DNA of 64,000 nucleotides from an uncultured Acidobacteriota bacterium (GTDB lineage Bacteria; Acidobacteriota; Vicinamibacteria; Vicinamibacterales; 2-12-FULL-66-21): NCBI GenBank assembly GCA_963734695.1, contig CAVTIL010000022.1, positions 1,150 to 65,149 of the forward strand, read 5' to 3'. Shown piece by piece: positions 1 to 10,757 of this stretch (position 1 is its first letter; each line of letters starts with the position of its first letter). The notes under the pieces were generated by a model. It saw only the letters and a program-made list of their open reading frames with translations, ran no database searches and was not told where the DNA came from. The position numbers and the translations under genes were made by a program.

Positions 1-1086
1 TCTACTCGCCAGGCTATTTCAAGAGCCCGTGACCGCGGCAAAGAATGGCAGTTCTTCCAGATGCGTCGCGAAGCCTTCCGGCAATCGAAAGCCAAGGCCG
101 GCGTGCAGCCTTCTCTGCCGCCGACGATCAAGCCGGTGTTTTGGTTGGCGCCGCTGCCGACCGACCGACGACGCCGTGAAGGCCAGCCAGGACCCCCTCG
201 GGCGATCCCAACGAGGAGCACAATCGAGAGGGGTCAATTACGTCCTCCAGAGTTCAATGTCAGCACGCCACTGTACTGGAATTACATAAAACGGCTTGCG
301 ACGGAGATACGTGAGGCTGCAGCAGCCTATGAGATGCCACCACTGAAGCAGCGCCCGTTGAGGGACGTGCCCTCGGCCTTCGTGAGACAGGTGATCGCCA
401 TTGCCCAACCGCAGCAAGCGGCCTCACCTGTCCACGGGCAGGGCGAGCCCAGGCACGTGCGCTTCGTGTTCGTGGCGGGAGATCCCAACGAGTTCGGCGG
501 CGTGCGGTCCCCTGCAGCATACGGCAGCACTGGCGCGGGGAACTGGCGCCCCTTTTACCCGCAGATCGCCAGCCGCATCGGACCGTTCGTCACGAACTTC
601 GTCTCGATGATGAGCTGGACTTCGACAGCTCAGAACTGGGACTCGACGGCAACCTCATTCAGGAGATCGAAAAGCCTACAACGAGAGAAAGATCGTGATC
701 ATTCTCGTCGATGGTTGGAGCGCGAGGTGGAGCAGGATAACCAGCAGATCCTGCAACAGTTCGACAGGGACCTTAAGCCGTACATCATCAATTGCAGCGT
801 GCTCGTCCCCTGGAATGAAAGCTGACCGGAAGTCGCGAGCCAGCGCGAGGCGATTGAGGAAACCGTCAGGAACACGTTTGACATCCGCGCCAACGTATGG
901 AAGAACCCCATCTTCTATCGCGACTCCATCCGGTCGATCGACGAGTTGCGTGACACGCTTCGTGAAGTGCTGACTCATATCAGGTCAGAGATGCACAAGC
1001 GCGTCGACCACAGGAGATCGTTGCCAAACAGCATAGCCAAGCCAGTCGTCAGCAACCAGCCGACAAAGGACGAGACGGCGTTGTGA
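1..1086 (+). CDS. FxsC-like protein (TIR-like N-terminal domain plus FxsC C-terminal domain), 5' end outside window, frameshifted
   Basis: Pieces read LYSPGYFKS..GKEWQFF (TIR-like), IKPVFW, AYG..G..NWRPFYP and NCSVLVPWN, then continue in another frame to ...DETAL*. The TGA at 1084-1086 overlaps the next ATG (TGATG). Confidence 0.7.
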
Positions 1087-4000
1087 TGGACGCGACATTT
1101 TCCGGCACGCCGGCAGGCAGGATCGTCACCTTCTACTCGTACAAGGGAGGTACGGGCCGCACCATGGCCCTGGCCAACACCGCCTGGATTCTCGCCGCCA
1201 ACGGCAAGCGGGTCCTGGCGGTCGACTGGGACCTGGAGGCCCCGGGTCTGCACCGGTTCTTCCACCCCTTTCTTCGACCCCTCCACCTCGTCCAACGGGC
1301 TCATCGACTTCGTCATCGAGTTCGCCGATCAGTGATGCGCCGGCTGGCCCAGCGTGCAGCCGTCCGACGATTGGCACGCGCGTACGCGCGTTACAGCCGC
1401 ACGCGTTCTCGGTCAACCTCGGCGGGAGTTCCCGCCCCGGGGCACACTCGACTTCGTTCCGGCGGGAGGCAGGACCGGCGTACGCGACGCGGTCTCCACC
1501 TTCGACTGGGACAACTTCTACGACCGGCTCGGCGGCGGGCACTTCTTCGACGCGTCAACGCGCCGACATGAGGCGAACTACGACTACGTCCTGATCGACA
1601 GCCGCACCGGTCTGAGCGACATCGCCGACATCTGCACCGTCCAGATGCCGGACGCGCTGGTGGTCTGCTTCACTTACAACAACCAGAGTATGGAGGGCGC
1701 GGCGGCAGTGGCGCACTCATCGGTGCAGGGGCGACGGAAATTTCTGGGCACATCCAGGAACAACGCATTCAACGTCTTCCCCGTGCCCACTCGGGTCGAG
1801 CAGGCCGAGCAGCAGAAGCTCGGCATCCGGCAGCGATACGCGCGCCGCCTGTTCAGTGACCTGCTCGCACCGGGTATCGACCGCGACGCCTACTGGAGCA
1901 GCGTCGAAGTGCCATACGTGCCATTTCACGGCTACGAGGAGACGCTCGCGCCCTTTACTGACGATCCGAACGACACAAAAAAGATTCTACGGGCGATGAT
2001 CAACATCGCCGCGTACCTGACCGAGGTAAAGGTCAAGGATTTCACGTTCACGTTTCCGATTTCGCCGGAGTTGAAATCGGAGGTCCTCCTCGATTTCGCC
2101 GCGACGCCAGACGCCGCGGATACGGACCAGAGCGTGGCCGGCCCAACGAAGGAGACGGCGCTCGAAGAACTGGTCCGGGTCGCCGAAGCCCACTACCTGC
2201 ACCTGCCGCGGGAGCAGCAGGAGGAGGCCAGGCGGGTGTGGACCCGTCTGGTGCACGTCGTGCGCCCCGACGAAGGTGTGGGGCACTCCAGACAGCGGAT
2301 CAATCTGCAGGCGTTTGGCGCGACGGCCACCCCCTTGGTCCGCGCGCTGGCGCAAACGACGCTGCTCTCCCTTACGCGAGACGACACGAGCGGCGAGGAG
2401 ACGGTCGTGATCGACAATGAAGCGCTGATCGGCGCCTGGTCACGGCTGCGCGGTTGGCTCGACAAGGACCTCGACTTTCTCTTCTGGCGACAGCGGCTTC
2501 GTGATCCGATTCAGGATTGGGAAGCCAGCGGCTATAAGAACGACTTCCTGCTGCGCGGGGCGCCGCTTCGGACTGCTCAGCAGTGGGCAAGCGATCACGG
2601 CGCCGAGCTCAATGACGCGGAACAGGCATTCATCAACCGCGCCGTCCAGATGAGCCTCGCAGCTTCGAGCCATTCAGATGACAGGCGACCGCGGGCCGCC
2701 ATTCTTCGGCCGTTCGGAAGAAGACAGGAGATCGACTTCGATGAAGTCGAACGCTCGCTCATCCTCCCCGCGCTCGAGCGCCTCGGCATCTCAGGACGGA
2801 GTATCCAGATCCTCGAAGCAGGCAACATTCGCGCCGACATGTTCCAGCAGTTGGTAGCCGCCCAGATTGTGATTGCGGACGTCTCGATTGACAACGCCAA
2901 CGTGTTCTACGAGTTGGGGCTCAGGCACGCCTTGCAACCCAATCGGACATTCCTGCTGCGCGCCAGGAGTCGGAAAGGGCCAGGGGATCGCGGTCTGCGG
3001 GACGAAGTGCCGTTCGACCTCCGCACGGATCGATATCTCGAATACGAACCGGATACGCCAGCGGGCAAGCTGGAACCGCTCACGGAAGCGTTGCGGTTGA
3101 CGCTCGCGAACGATCAGAGTGATAGCCCGGTCTTTCAAATGCTCCCCAACCTAGAGGGGCAGGATCGATCGCGCTTACTGCCGGTGCCTCAGGCCTTTCG
3201 AGAAGCTGTGCAACTGGCGTTCAAAGGCAGACAGCTGGGACTGCTGAGTCTGCTGGCGATGGAGGCCGAAGAGTGCTTGTGGGCCTCGGAAGGACTGCGG
3301 GTCATTGGTCGCGCCCAGTTCAATTTGAGGGCCTATCTTGGCGCAAAGGCGACCTGGGAGAAGTTGCAGACGCTGATTCCAGAAGAGCCAGAAGCGAATC
3401 ATCGCCTCAGCACGATCTATCAGCGCCTTGGCGATCTCGACGCGTCGGACCGTGCGTTGCAGCGGGTGTTGAGTGACAAGAAGATTCCCCGCGACTTGCG
3501 AGCTGAATCGCTCTCGCTTCTCGCCCGGAATATCAAAGTCCGATGGCGTTCGTCGTGGCAAGGTTTGAGTGGCGAGCCAGCGTCGTCCGCGGCACTGGCA
3601 TCACCCCATCTTTTCAAATGCTACGAGTTGTACCGGCAAGGGTTTCAAGAAAGCCTCGATAGCTTTTATGCGGGATTGAACGCCCTAAGCATGCTCACGA
3701 TCACGATCGAGCTCGCAGAGAGAGATTCGGTGGCTTGGGAGACTCGGTTCGATAGCGACGGGCAGGCCAAGACGGAGCTGGACGGATTGAAAGTGCAGCG
3801 CCAGCAATTGGCCGGCGCGGTGGCGATCTCGCTGGACGCCCGCAAGGATGACCTGAAGCGGAGCGGTCGAGAAGATCGATGGGTCGATATCAGTGCGGCC
3901 GACCTCCTGTTACTGACCGGCAACCGCCCGACAAGGATCGCCTTCGCGTATCGATCCGCTCTGAGGGACGCTCCTGACTTCTACTCCGACTCCGCCCGTT

Positions 4001-4701
4001 CTCAGTTGGAGATTTTCCAGCACCTGGGAGTGCTGCGCGAAAACACCGCCGCCGCGATGGAGGTGGTCAAACCACTCTCACCGCCGCCGCCGGAGACTCG
4101 GCAACTCGGGCGCCGGATCCTTTTTGTCAGCCACGCCATGGACGCGCCCGGACAATCCGCGCTGCAATTCCCGATCGAGAAGGAGCCTGCCGCTCGGCAA
4201 AAGATCGTGGAGACAGTCAAGGCGGAGATGGCACTTCCGGATGGGGTCGACTGCGGCTTCGCCTTAGGCGTGAGTGGCGGCGACATCCTGTTCCACGAGG
4301 TGTGCGAAGCTCTCGGTATCAAGACGCAACTGTTTTTACCTGAGCCGGCGTTTCAGTTCGTCAACGACTTCCTCAAGCTCTCAGGGCCTTCCTGGGTCGA
4401 GCGCTTCACTCGACGGAGCCAGGTGCTCCCGACGCGCGTGCTCGCGGACTCCGCGGAGCTGCCTCGCTGGATCCTCGAGAAGCCTGGTTACAGTATCTGG
4501 CAGCGCACACGGTACTGGATGCTTTTCGAGGCGATCGCCGAGGGCGGCGCTGACAACGTCACGGTCATTGCAGTCTGGGACGGAGAGCTGAGCGCCGAGG
4601 GATTCGACGGGCCAAAGGATCTGCTACAAAAAGCCAGCGAACTCGGGGCAAAGGCTGTCGCCATCCCTTCGCTGCTGCTCGACACCCAAGACTCGAAATA
4701 A
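1086..4701 (+). CDS. ParA/MinD-like (KGGxGR variant) ATPase fused to a STAND-associated helical linker, a DRHyd/DUF4071-like TPR region and a C-terminal SLOG-like domain
   Basis: [28 protein letters not shown] and LIDSRTG (FxsT-type ParA); [18 protein letters not shown]; [20 protein letters not shown]; FYAGLNALS; [17 protein letters not shown]. Indels in 1270-1560. Confidence 0.75.
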
Positions 4702-4739
4702 GCCCGCTGTGGCCGGGAGGCGGGCGGCGGGTCCGATAA

Positions 4740-4899
4740 GCCCCGTGGTTTCCATCCTTCCTGTCGGTTCTGGGTGCGACATGATCATCTTTCGCGCCTG
4801 CATGGCGCTGGCGATTTATTTTCGGAAGCGGCCCGAATACCCATCGTCGCCTCGTTTTCATGGCCAGTTGCCAACTCATGCAAGCTGCTTTCGTCAGAT
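4740..4899 (+). pseudogene. 5' part of a membrane-protein gene fragment interrupted by the IS21 element
   Basis: CMALAIYFRKRPEY-HRRLVFMASCQLMQAAFVR ends at the IS left end; the hydrophobic continuation resumes at 10758. Confidence 0.55.
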
Positions 4900-5013
4900 C
4901 CTCGGTGGACACCCAAAAGCGGCCATTAATCGACACCTCAAAACCGGCCATTTCCTGACACCCGTCGACCGAGACGTTGACCGCGACGAGGGGCTTCGTG
5001 CTCCTCAGTCGCT

Positions 5014-5803
5014 ATGGGAAACGTCTTGGATACGAGCACACAGCAGCAAGTCATCGCGCTGGGCCGACTCGGATGGACGCTGCGGCGCATTGAGCGAGAG
5101 ACCGGGCGTCCGTCGCGAGACGGCCAGCGACTATCTGAAGGCGGCCGGCATTCCGGTCCGCGGCCGCGGGCGACCAGGGGAAGAGAAGGGAAAACCGGCC
5201 ATTTCCGCGGAGGTGTCCACCGACTCCCCGCCGTCGCCGTGGCCACCGCCGCCGACGCGCGCGCCACAGGCGAGTGCGTGCGAGCCGCTATCGGGATCGC
5301 ATCGACGGGGCGCTCAAGCTCGGGCGCAATGCGATGGCGATCTGGCAGGACCTGGTCGACGAGGGCTTCACCGCCCGGTACGCCAGTGTCCGGCGCTTCG
5401 TCCGGCAGTTGCGCGGCGCGACGCCGGCCGAGGCGCGCGTGGTGATCACGACGGCGGTCGGGCGAGGAATCCCAGGTCGACTACGGGGACGGACCGATGG
5501 TCCGCCATCCGCAGACCGGGAAGTTTCGCCGCACGCGTCTGTTCGTCCTGACCCTCGGCTACTCGCGCAAAGCGGTGCGGCTGTTGGTCTGGCAGTCGAG
5601 TGCGCAGACGTGGGCCGAGCTGCACGAACGGGCCTTTCGCCGACTCGGTGGCTCGACCCGCGTGGTCGTCCTCGACAACCTCAAAGAAGGCGTGCTCACG
5701 CCTGACGTCTACGAACCGGCCCTTAATCCGCTGTATCGGGATGTGCTCGCGCACTACGGCGTCGTCGGCCTGCCGTGTCGCGTCCGCGATCCCGATCGCA
5801 AAG
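5014..5803 (+). CDS. istA: IS21 transposase IstA, N-terminal part (interrupted)
   Basis: N-terminal HTH (GWTLRRIERETG), QVDYG, LFVLTLGYSRK, VVLDNLKEGV, PCRVRDPDRK; ends at the CAAAG junction. Confidence 0.88.
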
Positions 5804-5804
5804 C

Positions 5805-7880
5805 TTATGTTTCATATTGCACCTCATCTCGGTTGTGCAACGGTGAACACCGGCTGCGCGGCCCGACGCCCTCCGTGGCCCTTAAGAATCGCATGCTCGT
5901 CCAGCGGTTCGTAGAGACAGCGCCGAGCATTGTCGTACCGGTGTTTTTGCAGTCGGCCCTCTCTTGCCCAGAGATTGATGGTCGTGGGCGTGACACCGTG
6001 CCGCACGCTCATCTCTTTCGCCGTGAGCAGTCCCCTGGCTCGTAGGCGCTTGAAGCGGCACGTCAGATTGAACGCTTGCCGGATATGCGCAATCTTCTTC
6101 AGGCTAAACGGCTGCCCCTGCCACGTCCGCCGTCCTTGTCGATTCAGCACGTCTGCGACCTCGCGATCACAGTATTGATCCAACAGGCGGTCGATCTCGG
6201 CGACCACGTCCGGCTTCGTCTTTCGAATCTGCGCGATCGGCAATGGCTTGGCGAGCGTGAGACTGCGAGTGGCGCCACCGCGGAGGCGCACGTGTGCCTG
6301 GATCATATCGCCGTTGATCAACGTCACATCCTCGATGAGCAGACGCAGGATACGTTTTCGCTCGCGGGGCTCGACGCCGGGATCATTCCAGACACGTGGA
6401 AAATCCGCGGCCAGGGAGAGCAGCTGCTCCCTTGTTTGAGCGTCAATCAAGAGACGCTGCTTCTGTGTCTGGTGGTCGTACTGTTCCTGCACCTCGGCCA
6501 GTGTCCGGAGTTTGTTATTCCATTCCGCTTCTAGGCTATCGATGACGAGGCGATTCTCGGGATCGACGTTCATGTAGCGACGGCGGGCGAGTTCGACCTC
6601 GTAGCGTGTTCGCTCCACGTGCTTCTGCCGCAACGTGTCGGTCTCGGTCACGCGTGCCTCAACTTCCTGCTGAACGGCGAGGGCCACGTGGAGCGTCATC
6701 GGCTGCATCAGCTCCAGTAACAGGTTGCTGATCGCCTGATCAACGACGCTGCCGGGCACGCGCTGGCAGACCTTCTCTCCTTTCGTAGAGAGGCTTCCTG
6801 GCAGACATAGATGGCAGTCACTTGATGGTACGCCATGCTGTAATGGATGCTCATCCGCTCACCGCACACGCCACAGATGACGCGGCCCTGCAGGAGCGCT
6901 GGGCCTTCGCGTACCGGCCCGGCTTTCCGTGCGCCTCCAAACGCCAGCGCGTTCTCGGCGAGGCGCGTTTGATTCGCCTCAAACTGGTCCCAACTGATGT
7001 AGCCGGCGTGAACAGCAGGCATCACGAATTGCCATTCCGACCGGGGAACCTTGGTCGTGCTGTGCTTTCCATCTGGCAGACGGCGGGTGCGTACGCGACC
7101 GTAGACGAACGCGCCGGCGTAGCGGGGGTTATGCAACACCTGGAGGACTCGAGAGTGCGCCGCCCGCACCCAATGCAACTCACCCGTGTTCAGTCCCTTG
7201 CGAATGCGGCGGGGGAACCGGAGACCTTGCTCGCAGAACAGCTTCGCGGTCTGCATCGCTGAACCGGTCCTCTCGAAGGTCTTGAAGACCAGGCGCATCG
7301 CCGCCTGTACTTCGGCGTCTGGATCGAGAATCAGCACGCCGTCGTCCCGATACATCAGCCCGATGGGCGGCCGCATCTCGAGCTCGCCGCGTCGAGCTTT
7401 ATTGATCACTCCACCTCGCATTCTCGCCTTCAGGAAGTGCAGTTCCGCCTCCGACATCGTTCCTTTCAAACCGAGCAGAAGCCGATCATTGAAATTCGCC
7501 GGGTCATAGATGCCATCCTCGTCGAGGATGAGCGTGCCGGCCAGTGAACACAACTCGATCAGCCGGTGCCAGTCGGCCGAGTTTCTGGCCAAGCGTGAGA
7601 CCTCCAATCCCATCACCAGGCCTGCCTTGCCGAGGGCGACCTCACCGACCAGCTTTTGAAACCCGTCCCGGCCGGCGGAGTGTGAGCCCGACTTGCCAAG
7701 ATCGCAGTCAATGACCTGGATACGTTCGCGCGGCCAGCCCAGCGCCATGGCGCGGTCCCGCAATGCATACTGGCGTTGCGTGCTCTCCGTATTCTCCAGG
7801 ACCTGGCGCGGTGTGGACTGTCGAATGTAGAGATAGGCATCGTGGTCAAGATGCCGCTGGCTTACTTTCAGGTCAGGCAT
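5805..7880 (-). CDS. Large serine recombinase (resolvase, recombinase, Zn-ribbon and coiled-coil regions), with indels near 6760 and 5830
   Basis: AYLYIRQST catalytic Ser motif, EVSRLARN, KGTMSEAEL, LHNPRYAG, CGVCG; C-terminus ...EVQYET* (TAA 5805-5807). Confidence 0.9.
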
Positions 7881-8187
7881 GCAGAGACTCCTCCAGTCGA
7901 GGTACCGAGAATCAGACCGGCGACCAAGCGGACGAGTTCGGCGCCGACCGAATCGAGGACTGGCGCGGCGGACAATGAAGGCCGATGAGATTCGGGTGAA
8001 CGTGCCGGTACGGCCGCGGGCCTGATCGCGGCCCACGATGCCAAGCCACTTCGCATGAGAGCGCTGAGGCCTCCCAGGTGGTCGCCGCGCCCATCCGGCT
8101 GGACTACCTGTCGGCGGAGTCCTTCGTAGGCTGCGACGCTTCCCTCTGGAATGGATGATCGTCCGTCGGCGTGCGCCGTTTTTTTTT
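7868..8187 (-). CDS. Small accessory ORF of the LSR element with no clear start codon; possibly reached by a -1 frameshift
   Basis: AAYEGLRRQV..GLSALMRSGLASW..ELVRLVAGL; overlaps the recombinase ATG; open back to an A9 run at 8179-8187. Confidence 0.5.
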
Positions 8188-8632
8188 GCTCGCCAGCGCC
8201 CGCTCCAGACTCCGGCGGTGAACCGTGATGCCGAATCTGTCCTGAACGGCTTGGACACAGGCGACGGTCGTCAAGCCGGGCTCGGCCGCTCGCAAGGTCC
8301 GCACGTACGAGGACCTGGGTGGACAGTTTGTGCCCCTCTTTGGGCCCACGAGCCTTGGGAAGCAGGGCGCTCAGGCCGCCGTGCTGGAATGCCGCCTGGG
8401 CCTGATAGACGGTGGGGCGCGACACGCCAAACGTGGTCGCCACATCGACAATCGAGACGCGCTCGACGCTGTGGCGGCGCAGCATCTCGTAGCGGACCTG
8501 AAGCAGATCTTTGGGATCGAAGAACGGATTCTCCCTGAACAGCGGGTCGACGATCGCGTCGGGGCGCGGGTTGAGGGTCCCCGTCTGCTTCAACGCCAGT
8601 GTTTTCTGATCGGGCTTCTTCCGTTTGGCCAT
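8104..8632 (-). CDS. Helix-turn-helix accessory protein of the LSR element (frameshifted)
   Basis: LNPRPDAIVDPLF..FFDPKDLLQVRYEMLR..FGVSRPTVYQ..GPKEGHKL, continuing as ..FGITVHRRSLERAL in the 8104..8349 frame. Confidence 0.8.
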
Positions 8633-8653
8633 CCGGGCGCTCGACCGTTGCTA

Positions 8654-8848
8654 TGTAAGATAGATTATGCCTCATATATATGTCAAGTCAAGTCGAAACA
8701 CCCAATCAAGGTCCATTTCACATGCGCGGAACCAAGTCGTTCGTAGCCGTGAGATAGAGATGGCGACACAGCTGTACGGGGATGCCTTTTCGATCGGCCC
8801 CCCGTGCGGCATAATTCTTCTGTCTAGTGAGGCGATATTTATCTTACA
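8654..8848. promoter_or_regulatory. AT-rich control region of the LSR element with inverted motifs
   Basis: TGTAAGATA..ATTATGCC (8654-8671) mirrored by GGCATAAT..TATCTTACA (8808-8848), directly upstream of the HTH gene. Confidence 0.45.
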
Positions 8849-9164
8849 CCTCCTGCGCTCCATTACCGGCTTGTTTACGCCTGTCGAACAGGTGCCAGAG
8901 CTCCAACAGATCCTCCACGCGAAAGGCTGACCGGCCAGCCGAGACGCGATGGAAGGCGTCTGTCGACACCACGTCCGTCACGTTGGTCAACAAGGACTTC
9001 AGCTTCCCGTTTGGGTCGTAATAGAAGACCCGATCCTCACCCCAGGTGAGCTTCCGCGTCACCAGCTCGTACTCGGCACCACGAAGCGGGTGAAAAGGAT
9101 GGGTGATGCGGAATCGGCCTGCGGTGGGCCCCACACAACCTGCAGTCGATGACTTTCGACAAAG
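8844..9164 (-). CDS. DUF5372 (Y4bD/Y4pK-like) small protein lacking its own ATG in the integrated state
   Basis: FRITHPFHPLRG..WGEDRVFYYD..TDV..DAFHRVSAGRSAFRVEDLLEL; the frame is open to the element end. Confidence 0.8.
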   Translation of the reverse strand, partial: LCRKSSTAGCVGPTAGRFRITHPFHPLRGAEYELVTRKLTWGEDRVFYYDPNGKLKSLLTNVTDVVSTDAFHRVSAGRSAFRVEDLLELWHLFDRRKQAGNGAQEV

Positions 9165-9928
9165 GCAAGGTCGAATCCGGCATCGGCCACACGCAGAAGA
9201 CGCCGCTGCAGGGCCAGCGCTTCGAGACGCTCGAGCAGGCCCAGGCGTATCTGGATCGCTGGGAGGCGCACTGGGCGGATACCCGGATCCATGGCACGAC
9301 CAAACGCCAGGTCGCCGACATGTTTGCCGAAGAGCGACCGGCGCTGCAGGCGTTGCCGGTCGAGCCGTTTCGCTACTACCGCTTCGGCGTGCGCACGGTC
9401 CATCTCGATGGCTGCGTCGAAGTCGACGCCGCGTACTACTCGACGCCGCCCGGGTGGATCGGCCAGCGCGTCCAGGTGCAATGGACCGACCTCCACGTCC
9501 GGCTCCTTGATCCGAAGACCGGCCAGCTCCTCCGCGAGCACGTCCACGCGCCGCGCGGCTGGCATCGCATCGCGGACGCGGACCGGCCGGCGCGGACACC
9601 GGCGTCGACCGTGGCCCTCCTCGCGCGGGCGCGCCACGCCGGCGCGCATCTCCACACCGTCTGCACCTACATCCACGACCACGAGGGCGCCGCCGGCGTG
9701 CGCCGCATCCTCGGCGTCCTCGCGCTCGCCAAGAAATACGGACCGGCCGCCGCGGACGACGCCGCCAAGACCGCCCTGGAACTCCAGGTCCCGACCTATC
9801 GCTTTCTCCGCCGCTATCTCGAACGACGGCCCGCCGCGCCGCTCACGCTCACGCAAGTCGACCCCCTCATCCGCCAGCTCACGCTCTATCGCGATCTGAT
9901 TGATCGCCAGACAGGAGACCCCACATGA
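9165..9928 (+). CDS. istA: IS21 transposase IstA, C-terminal part
   Basis: GKVESGIG, RIHGTTKRQV, RTVHLDGCVEVDAAYYS; ATGA overlap with istB. Confidence 0.88.
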
Positions 9929-10688
9929 ATCTCGTCGAACTCGATCACGCCCTGCGCAAACTCCGCCTCTCCGGCATGGCCGACGTCCTCGAGGCCCGCC
10001 TCCGCCAGGCGCAGTCGGAGAAACAGACGCCGATCGACCTCGTCTCGGCCCTGGTCAGCGACGAACTGCTCCGGCGCGCAGGATCGACTCATCACCCGAC
10101 GCCTGCAGCAGGCCCGCTTTCGCGACGCCGACCGCTCGCTCGACACCTTTGACCTCGACTTCAACAAGAAGATGAATCGCGCGCTCATCCACGAACTCGC
10201 GACGGGCCGCTTCATCCAACAGCGCGAAGACGTCCTCTTCTTGGGCCCACCGGGCACCGGCAAGAGTCATCTCGCCCAAGCGATTGGCCGCGCCGCGATC
10301 CACCAAGGCCACCGCGTGCTCTACCGCGAGGCCCACACCCTGCTGGAGGAGCTCGCCGATGCCACGCTCGACGGGACCCGCAAAGCCTTCGTCGCCGAAC
10401 TGACGGCCGTCCCGTTGCTCATCATCGACGACCTCGGGCATGCGCAAGCTCCCGCACACCGCGGCCGAAGATCTCCTCGAGATCATCATGCGCCGCTATG
10501 AGCGGGCGTCCTCGCTCCTGACCTCGAATCGACCGGTCGACGACTGGGGAAAGCTCCTCGGCGACACCGCCGCCGTCACCGCGCTCCTCGACCGGCTGCT
10601 GCATCACGCGCACGTGCTGAAGTGCGGCCCTCGAAGCTGGCGCACCAAGGTCCACACCGACTTGCGTCCCGAGGAGCCGACGAAGTAG
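9925..10688 (+). CDS. istB: IS21 helper ATPase IstB (frameshifted)
   Basis: LRKLRLSGM, Walker A GPPGTGKSHL, Walker B LLIIDDLG, TSNRP, LDRLLHHA. Confidence 0.9.
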
Positions 10689-10757
10689 AACTCACTCGTC
10701 TCGGTCACCGGTCAGTTAAATGGCCGGTTTTGCCCGTCGACGAAATGGCCGGTTTTG

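Larger units (their letters stand above)
5804..9164 (-). mobile_element. Large-serine-recombinase mobile element (HTH gene, small ORF, LSR, DUF5372; y4bA-y4bD-like architecture)
   Basis: Flanked by a CAAAG direct repeat (5799-5803 and 9160-9164); removing it restores istA ...DRKGKVESG... Confidence 0.9.
4900..10757 (+). mobile_element. IS21-family insertion sequence (istA-istB) carrying a nested LSR element
   Basis: Left end CCTCGGTGGACACC followed by AAAA(G/C)CGGCCATT repeats (4900-4955); inverted AAATGGCCGGTTTTG repeats at 10718-10757; istA/istB homology. Confidence 0.88.

Noticed and set aside
1086-1650. Recent transfer of an actinobacterial FxsT N-terminus
   Set aside because: The segment looks actinobacterial but is also error-dense, so it may be a mixed-read consensus. 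It cannot be supported without reads.
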